Below the pieces are notes generated by a model that was not told the DNA's origin, did no database searches, and saw only the letters and a program-made list of their open reading frames with translations. A DNA stretch of 63,692 bases, the filler included, from Octopus bimaculoides (taxonomy: Eukaryota), in the NCBI RefSeq assembly GCF_001194135.2. It is 5 parts of 5 records of this genome, joined end to end, with 100 filler letters (N's around TTAATTAATTAA, not from the genome) between each part and the next. Parts side by side here need not be neighbours in the genome. Positions count along the whole stretch, not along the records: positions 46,650 to 62,535 come from NC_069005.1; positions 62,636 to 63,692 come from NW_026384585.1; 3 more parts are not named here. One strand, given 5' to 3'. Shown here in pieces: positions 60,061-63,692 of the stretch (positions are counted from its first letter, which is position 1; each line of letters begins with the position of its first letter). The position numbers were made by a program, and so were the translations under genes.

Positions 60061-60884
60061 GTATGTCAAACCAAAAATGTATGTATACTACACATATTTA
60101 TGGTATGTCAAACCAAAAAGACACACATATACACACATCTCGTTGGATGACCATTCGATTACTTAGTATTGAACCTATAATTATCGTAATCATATTATTC
60201 TCAAGGCAAATGAAGAAAATATTTATATCGCAGTCAACGTTGTTTTTTTTTAAGCTCTACTGAAAAATATTTATACTCTAAGAAATCATTATTATTATTA
60301 TTATTATCCAATGTGATGTCATTCTTTATATTCTATCAGGGCAGTAGATAGCATAATAAAGATCAATAAAAAAACGCTGGATAAAATGCTTTAATACCCT
60401 TCCTTATTTAAATATGTACTTTCTAATACATTTTGAGTTCCAGTCCCATCAGGAACGACTTAGCTTTTTCATCCTTCAGGGGCCCTAATAGCTTTCGTTA
60501 TTCAAACACGCCCTTTCTTAAAGCGTTATAAGTTCTAATTCCACCCAAATCGTCTTGGCTATTTGTTCTAACATGGTCCGAAATATAAATGCCATTCACA
60601 TGTAGGGATAAGGGCCGGTTATATCGACTACCCCTTCTTACTTACTGAGATTCGTGGCCCTATATTTGTGTTAAAAATGGTTTTTTGATTTCGTATTTTG
60701 TCTACCACCTTCTCTCTATCTGTGTGTGTCACCACTATGGAATATAGTTCTGTCGTAAATAAGGACACTCCCTGGTCTCTCACTGAACCAGTCACAGTCA
60801 TCTGATGCACCAGATTCTTCGAAATAAAAGGGCAACATCTGTATTTACGGATGGGTGTATATGTGTGTACTTTTATTTGTTTGA

Positions 60885-60955
<71 letters not shown>

Positions 60956-62410
60956 CACACACACAAACACTACGTATTACTATATGTGCACATACGTCTC
61001 TGTGCTTGTGTCTGAGGTTTGCAAATGTGAAATGGATGTGTATACATACGTGTGTGTGTATATATATAAATATATGTGTGTGTGTGTGTATATATATATA
61101 TGTGTGTGTGTGTGTGTGCTTATGTATGAAGCTATATGTGCTTTTGCATATGTGAAAATATACGCAACGTACGTGGTGTATGTGTATGGAATATATAATG
61201 CACTCATCTACGAGTGCTTATAATACGTATGTTCAATTACTTGTTTATATAAAGCATAGGCATATACACTCATTAAAGACATTTCTACAATCATGGTGTG
61301 AGCATAGAGATGAAGGTGGCAGTGACGGAAATTAATCAATCTATAAACACAATATCCACCCACACATTCTAAGATAATTGAATAACAAAGTTTAAAAAAT
61401 CGTTTCTCCGAGTCTTGAATGACTCATAGTCCTGGTTTCTAACGAGAATGAGAGAAGAATTTGTCCTTCAGTCGTAGAATGCTGGCCTCCTGTAGCTTAT
61501 TTGTGTATTCCCCACATAGAAACCCACTTTGAAAACAGATGGAGATTATAAAATAGTCACCCGTCACACATTACTCAAAACACGAGGCAAAACAAAAAAA
61601 TAAATATAATTGTTTAAAGAATAATAACTGATTACATAAATGATTGTGTATGTTTTCTCGTTTCCTTTAAGTGTCAAAATACCCTTTTTACTTTCATTTT
61701 TTGTTGTTGTTGTTTAACCCCAGGTCTGTACCGATCGAGCTGACTTGTGATCATAGGCATTCCAGCTGTGGCCATTCCTCTGTTATTATTTTTCTTTTTG
61801 GTATTATCTATCTAAGACTACGTTATCTAATGCTTTCTCTTTTCTTTCGTAATGTGGTTGGATATAATTTGATAAAAAATTTGGCTGCTATTTCTAGCAA
61901 GTTGAGTACCATACTGGTTGTTAAGCCCCTAAGTCAATATCCTGGTCGAGCAAACCTATAATCAAAAGCATTCCAGCCGTGACTAAATGGATATTTATTG
62001 TGTGTGTGTGTGTGTGTGTAAGACAATATTGCTTAATGTGGCTTTCTCTTTCCAAGGCTGTGGGACCTAGTTTTAGATTTTTACTGCTATTTCCAGCTGC
62101 TCAAACGCCTACAGCTGATTTCTTTGAGAGGAGGAGAGAAGAATTGACTGCAGTATTGGACATATCCTATTTATTGATCCCCCAACCCTCGATTATTTTA
62201 GTAAGTGAAAATGTATTTAGTGTTCAGAACCTCTTGAAACTATATTTATACATGGAATATGTCCAATATAGAACTAGAGAAAACCATTGTGTAGTGTATA
62301 CTTATTTTTGATGGTGAGAAAATCTACAGAGATTTCTCTTTCACAGGCACAGATCATGGGAATGGATGAGCTCTCACAATCAAAATAATGTGTGTGTGTG
62401 TGTGTGTATA

Positions 62411-62524
62411 CAAGGTGTCCGACAGAAAAACTAGACACATCAAGCTTCTTATCCTTTTTACAGATAAATTCTTCTACGAAGCTACATGTATCTTAAATTT
62501 CATCATGACTTTATAGACACCCTA
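62411..62524. mobile_element. degenerate Tc1/mariner-type MITE
   Basis: TA|CAAGGTGTCC ... GACACCCTA|TA. Confidence 0.5.
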
Positions 62525-62653
62525 TATATATATATNNNNNNNNNNNNNNNNNNNNNNNNNNNNNNNNNNNNNNNNNNNNTTAATTAATTAANNNNNNNNN
62601 NNNNNNNNNNNNNNNNNNNNNNNNNNNNNNNNNNNTCATCATCATCATCATAC

Positions 62654-62684
<31 letters not shown>

Positions 62685-63397
62685 TATTATCTTTATTACG
62701 TGTATCGTGGATAACATTTTTTGTTGTTGTTTCTTTTGTGGTTTACACATTCCCCTCTTTTTTTCGTCTCCGACACACACTGTAAGCCACCGCAGCAATG
62801 ATAATACACTAGCAAACTCACACCTATATACACAACACACCTGCATACATACCGTAATGCAAACATGCATGTATACACTCACGCACATATACATACGAAC
62901 ATACGAGCATGTGTATGTATGTGTCTGTGTATGTATGTATGTATGTATGTATGTATGCACGTACGTACATGCATACATATGTATATGCGCATATACATAA
63001 ATCATAGACATATATATATATGTGGGGAGGGGGGTATGTATGTATGTATATATGTATGTATGTATAGGCATATACACATAATTGATAGCGACCGAATCAT
63101 ATGTATGNNNNNNNNNNTATGTATAGGCATATACACATAATTGATAGCGACCGAATCATATGTATGTGTGTGTGTATATTAGATATATATATAGCATACA
63201 CATCTCATCTTACATAGATTTTGATATTGATGTAGATCACGTAGATATGAATACACTAGAGTATATATGCATGCGTTTGTGTGCAGTGCCCCAGCATGGC
63301 CACAGCCTAAGGACTGAATCATATAAAAGAATAAACGAATATAGATAGATAGATAGACAGATAGATAGATAGATAGATAGATAGATANNNNNNNNNN

Positions 63398-63432
<35 letters not shown>

Positions 63433-63692
63433 GTAGATAGACATACACATATACATACTTTCATACATATATATATATATACATACATAACTGCATATAT
63501 ACATAGATATATATATATGCATATAATCATACGCGTGCACACACATATGTAGTTGAACAAACACACACATACGTACACACCCAGAGAGATCGTCCCACCT
63601 CCAATGATCTCTCCATATAAGTAATGCTCACAAAAATAAGAGGGGAAGAGAAAGAGAGAGGGAGACAGAAACGGAAAGAAAGAGAGAGGGGG

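Noticed and set aside
63061-63167. Direct duplication flanking a 10-N gap
   Set aside because: Typical unmerged contig overlap.

Overview
Eukaryotic, AT-rich, repeat-dense, gapped draft scaffold, most likely from an octopus or other coleoid cephalopod. That assignment is inferred from the SINE/MITE families, the microsatellite load and the kinase sequence. Protein-coding content: (1) an intact, intronless 1125-aa CFAP57/WDR65 gene on the minus strand (5921-9298), probably a retrogene; (2) the last four coding exons of a GRK2/3-type (beta-ARK-like, PH-domain) G protein-coupled receptor kinase on the plus strand (36801-45328), possibly the cephalopod rhodopsin kinase. One tRNA-Asp(GTC) gene or pseudogene lies at 13137-13208. 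Two CpG-rich housekeeping-type promoters (~1.2 kb and ~21.7 kb) have no assigned gene. The rest is SINEs, RTE/CR1 remnants, Tc1/mariner remnants, MITEs, a solo LTR and simple repeats. The most interesting observations are: a near-canonical type I hammerhead ribozyme (24394-24490, minus) plus further hammerhead-like folds in repeat tails; a phase-compatible candidate alternative terminal exon that would give a PH-less GRK; and a young Merlin-like MITE with 8-bp TSDs carrying a palindromic telomeric-repeat core. All calls were made by eye. Repeat boundaries are approximate unless TSDs or TIRs are quoted. Four 100-nt N/TTAATTAATTAA linkers are assembly joins, so long-range adjacency is uncertain.
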